Of a DNA stretch of 64,000 nt, positions 61,875-64,000 are shown one piece after another (within the stretch, counting starts at the first letter, position 1; every line of letters starts with the position of its first letter). The DNA comes from a virus (Duplodnaviria; Caudoviricetes). Position numbers and translations under genes: made by a program. The DNA lies in IMG/VR virus record IMGVR_UViG_3300032894_000334, positions 4,761 to 68,760 of that record, one strand, 5' to 3'. The notes under the pieces were generated by a model. The model saw nothing but the letters and a program-made list of their open reading frames with translations. It did no database searches and was not told the DNA's origin.

Positions 61875-62152
61875 TCATCCTGACAAGACAGGGAATGCTC
61901 TCGATCCTCAAACATGCTCCCTCCGCCATGGTTGACCTTTACGAGAAAGACGGTGTTAAAGGTCAACTGCCACTTGCCGACTTAGCCGAGTTCTCCCCGA
62001 AACAGCTTTTCGCTTTCTGGGATTGCTGCTTCATGACCAACAGAACTAAGGCTATTGTGAAGGTAGACGGAGAGGAGTTTTCTCTTTATGATCGAAGCTA
62101 CTGGAGACTTGGTAATCCTGCGCTCAGCGGTTTTGAGCAAACTGGAGATTAA
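61871..62152 (+). CDS. Hypothetical protein
   Basis: ATG 61871 after GGAGG; ATGA overlap. Confidence 0.55.
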   Translation: MIILTRQGMLSILKHAPSAMVDLYEKDGVKGQLPLADLAEFSPKQLFAFWDCCFMTNRTKAIVKVDGEEFSLYDRSYWRLGNPALSGFEQTGD

Positions 62153-62951
62153 AACCTGGAGGATGCCCGATGTTGATCTGGAAGCGGAAAAGACCGTTTC
62201 TGACCGGCTCGGCTGGGTAAGGACCAGCAGCCGGTACACTTGGGCTGTCCAAGCAAAAAACCGATATCGGCGCATCCTCCAACTTTCTACGAAGCTTAAC
62301 ATTCTTCACAGAATATCAACCGCACCGGTTTACACAAAGAACGCAAGCAACTGGAGTTCGCTTCGGGTGCTGTGCGTCGATAATTTTGAGTCCTACCTTA
62401 ATCCCGCCACTCAGCTTCAACGGCAGTTCTATGATGCCGTTGAAGCCTTCCTAGTGAAATGCCCTCTCGGTTCTCTCCGAAAATCAATCAAAAGACAAAA
62501 CCTACCCTGGCCTGACCATCTGGAATTCTTTGTGAGGATCCATTTCATGCCCGTAGGGGGCGAATTCCCGATGCCCGTAGACCCTATTTACCAGGCTTTC
62601 TATCATGGGGATCTCAACCAAATGACGCGAAAGGCCATGAGTTTTTTCGTGGGTAGGCTGTCGAAACATCTGAGCCTTTACACCCGCTGGCGGCAAGGCC
62701 CCGCTGCGTGTCACGAATGGAGTCCTGTCCGGACCAATATGAGCCGGTGGCTGCAGCGCAACTTCCCGAGCATAAGAAGATCAAATTTCACCAGGGATCA
62801 GGATTACGAGAGGATTCTTGGGATGGTAGAAACAAGACTCCTCCCCTTCCTTCCGGAGAAAACCACAAGGGAAGTCTGGGATTTCCTTGTCCAGGAAGCG
62901 GAGGAGCTCTATCAGGAGCTTGAGCCGATTAGAAAAAAATACGAGATTTAG
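62088..62951 (+). CDS. Hypothetical protein, last gene of the plus arm (weak DUF3150-like resemblance)
   Basis: 287 aa; family resemblance is tentative. Confidence 0.55.
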   Translation: MIEATGDLVILRSAVLSKLEIKTWRMPDVDLEAEKTVSDRLGWVRTSSRYTWAVQAKNRYRRILQLSTKLNILHRISTAPVYTKNASNWSSLRVLCVDNFESYLNPATQLQRQFYDAVEAFLVKCPLGSLRKSIKRQNLPWPDHLEFFVRIHFMPVGGEFPMPVDPIYQAFYHGDLNQMTRKAMSFFVGRLSKHLSLYTRWRQGPAACHEWSPVRTNMSRWLQRNFPSIRRSNFTRDQDYERILGMVETRLLPFLPEKTTREVWDFLVQEAEELYQELEPIRKKYEI

Positions 62952-63298
62952 TCCCTAACCAGCTTTCCCCCTGCCGGATCCGGAGGAAGCGGTCTTCTAA
63001 ACGAGAATGGCACAATATCGCTCTCCCATCTCTTGCCCGTTTTTGGATTAATGCCGACGCCGAAAGCTATTACCTGCATGGTGTGCTGCCCAGGAGAAAC
63101 CCACCCGAGTTCTGCGATATCGGCGCACGGCCCCTCAGGGCAAACACGAACGCTGTACGCGATATCCGTCCAACCGGAACCGTCTATCGTCCATGAGTAC
63201 CCTGCCGCGTCGTTCTGCGGGTCACATACGAGCCACGGATTAGCTGACGCGACACCCGCCCACAGGATGAAGAATGCGGTGGCCAGAAAAATCTTCAT
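62948..63298 (-). CDS. Secreted small beta-sandwich (Fn3-like) protein, paralogue 1
   Basis: Signal peptide MKIFLATAFFILWAGVASA; C-terminal PFSFRRPLPPDPAGGKLV. Confidence 0.7.
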   Translation of the reverse strand: MKIFLATAFFILWAGVASANPWLVCDPQNDAAGYSWTIDGSGWTDIAYSVRVCPEGPCADIAELGWVSPGQHTMQVIAFGVGINPKTGKRWESDIVPFSFRRPLPPDPAGGKLVRD

Positions 63299-63332
63299 CG
63301 CCTACCCCCGACAAAGGTGTCCGTAACGATGC

Positions 63333-63692
63333 TTACGGAACTAGCTTTCCCCCTATTGGTGTAGATGGTTTCGCGGGTCTTGAGAATGAAAAAGGGAGTG
63401 TGCTGCCGCACTGCTCCCCCCATACTGGATCAGTACTGCATGCTTGAGCGTTGAAATTCGTTGTCCCGACTGCCGCTGCTGACACGTCCAGCTTCATGCT
63501 TCCATCCGCGGCTGCAGGCACGCTCGCAGGCATCCACGCAGGACCTCCAGCCAGCTTGTAGGCAGTTACCCCCGGTTGTGCATCAAAGGTCCAGTACGGA
63601 CCGGCCGCGTGTGCCGTGCCGATCAGGATGACCAGCAAGGCGGTGAAAAACCCTACAAAGAAAATCCGATTTGTTCTCCGATTTGTTCTCAT
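63333..63692 (-). CDS. Secreted small beta-sandwich (Fn3-like) protein, paralogue 2
   Basis: Signal peptide ending TAHA; C-terminal PFSFSRPAKPSTPIGGKLVP. Confidence 0.7.
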   Translation of the reverse strand: MRTNRRTNRIFFVGFFTALLVILIGTAHAAGPYWTFDAQPGVTAYKLAGGPAWMPASVPAAADGSMKLDVSAAAVGTTNFNAQACSTDPVWGEQCGSTLPFSFSRPAKPSTPIGGKLVP

Positions 63693-63708
63693 GACTTACC
63701 TCCCTTTC

Positions 63709-63802
63709 TCGAAAGTTTCGATTTGGAATGACGGTTGGGCGGAGGGTTAATGCCCTCCTGCCACCCTGTAACCACAGGCTGACGGTGCTGAGCCTCCGCC
63801 CA
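63709..63802 (-). promoter_or_regulatory. Structured 5' UTR / intergenic RNA element
   Basis: 10-bp stem 63736-63745/63793-63802, competing stem GGAGGG/CCCTCC 63741-63758, inner CCTGT/ACAGG, and TCGAAA-G-TTTCGA next to the SD. Confidence 0.4.
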
Positions 63803-63908
63803 CGCTTCACTTTAACGAGACTCCTGGCATTGCTTCAAAACATCTGTGCATGGCTTTCTGGGCTGCTTTTTCTTGATGTTCTTCACTCTCGGGTAGGACG
63901 GTTGTATA

Positions 63909-63998
63909 TCATGGCTTCACTGTTACCTTTTGTGGCTGTAATGGTTTATTAAATGTCATAACATGCACATATACCTTGCCGCTTATTGCTACTCTAAG
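63909..63998 (-). CDS. 3' end of a gene entering from the right edge, possibly a third secreted paralogue
   Basis: Hand translation ...LRVAISGKVYVHVMTFNKPLQPQKVTVKP*, with a similar F-x-(R/K)-P-x-x-P ending. Confidence 0.4.
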   Translation of the reverse strand, partial: LRVAISGKVYVHVMTFNKPLQPQKVTVKP

Positions 63999-64000
63999 GC

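Noticed and set aside
1-64000. Alternative genetic code or stop-codon reassignment
   Set aside because: Standard code gives dense, tightly coupled genes including an unbroken 3917-codon ORF, so no reassignment is needed.

Overview
The window is a 64 kb piece of a lytic-looking tailed dsDNA bacteriophage genome of podovirus/P22-T7-like architecture: terminase, portal, scaffold, major capsid protein, adaptor and nozzle, and ejection proteins, with no tape measure, tail tube or sheath. An SLT transglycosylase, an M15-like peptidase, lipoproteins and sigma70-type promoters indicate a bacterial, probably diderm, host; the host taxon cannot be determined. There are two arms. A long minus-strand arm (54013 down to 1, running off the left edge) carries regulators, glyco-modification genes, a fibre module, packaging/head/tail genes, an 11.75 kb (3917 aa) polyvalent ejection-type protein, lysis, recombination and replication genes. 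A plus-strand arm (54790-62951) carries small early-type genes, DUF932-like and a minimal DNA ligase. It converges at about 62950 with minus-strand genes for secreted paralogues. No integrase, polymerase, tRNA, rRNA, CRISPR array or reverse transcriptase was seen. Most notable: (1) two virion-type proteins strongly enriched in N-X-T sequons flank a glycosyltransferase/methyltransferase/radical-SAM cassette, suggesting phage-encoded N-glycosylation of virion proteins; (2) a dispersed rare-sugar toolkit (WbpB-like, WbpD-like, AsnB-like, 2 GTs, 2 MTases, 2 radical SAMs, an O-antigen-ligase-like membrane protein); (3) the giant protein carries PRTase, Strawberry-notch-type SF2 helicase, GHKL ATPase and HEXXH modules; (4) an Acb2/Tad1-like sponge sits in an operon bracketed by a candidate sRNA and a candidate attenuator. 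All family calls are by motif recognition only; no database searches were run, and counts are hand counts.
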